From IMG/VR virus record IMGVR_UViG_3300044630_003672: DNA of 64,000 nt; one strand, written 5' to 3'. The stretch comes from a virus. Lineage: Duplodnaviria; Heunggongvirae; Uroviricota; Caudoviricetes. The translations under genes were made by a program, and so were the position numbers. Shown here piece after piece: positions 63,979-64,000 of the stretch (within the stretch, counting starts at the first letter, position 1; every line of letters starts with the position of its first letter). The notes below the pieces were generated by a model that saw nothing but the letters and a program-made list of their open reading frames with translations, did no database searches and was not told the origin of the DNA.

Positions 63979-64000
63979 TTTAATAACCCCTTTAATTTAA

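Noticed and set aside
1-64000. CRISPR arrays, rRNA genes, integrase/transposase/IS elements
   Set aside because: There are no regularly spaced direct repeats with unique spacers and no rRNA-like conserved blocks. No tyrosine or serine recombinase, transposase or HNH signatures were found in any ORF.

Overview
This window reads as one stretch of a large, AT-rich virulent phage genome (or a megaphage-like element). Every convincing gene lies on the + strand, genes are tightly packed, and many are translationally coupled through ATGA stop/start overlaps. About twenty copies of the Bacteroidota sigma-A promoter architecture (TTTG at -33, TAnnTTTG at -7, written here as 'TTTGGTAG ... TTCGTATATTTGTA' or 'TTCGTATCTTTAC') point to a Bacteroidota host, probably a flavobacterium. 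Five things dominate the window. (1) A tRNA array at 18.2-25.1 kb carries 26 tRNA genes that together cover all 20 amino acids; short CDSs, terminators, structured spacers and promoters are embedded in it. (2) A roughly 1.9 kb ORF-free stretch at 18.1-20.0 kb has three tandem promoter/short-transcript units followed by a GC-enriched, GNRA-hairpin-rich region of about 0.9 kb. I read this as a candidate large structured non-coding RNA. (3) There are many auxiliary metabolic genes: GTP cyclohydrolase I, IscU plus an A-type Fe-S carrier, a PspC-domain protein, TerC, an acyl-CoA thioesterase, a sugar epimerase, heme oxygenase plus a ferredoxin-dependent bilin reductase, SAM decarboxylase, a PAP2 phosphatase, MTA/SAH nucleosidase, purine nucleoside phosphorylase, a cytidylyltransferase, a flavin-dependent tryptophan-halogenase-family enzyme, a SET-like protein, glycosyltransferases, DNA ligase, a metallophosphoesterase, an NAD(P)H oxidoreductase, an SPFH protein, GroES, cyclophilin and a 2OG-Fe(II) oxygenase. 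(4) A tandem array of eight roughly 100-aa paralogs, all beginning 'MLTIENI...', lies at 56.9-60.1 kb. (5) A family of palindromic TTGAnnnTCAA-containing intergenic repeats marks the few long non-coding gaps, which look like module boundaries. I found no rRNA, no CRISPR array and no integrase or transposase. The coiled-coil membrane proteins and the many small hypotheticals cannot be assigned from sequence alone.
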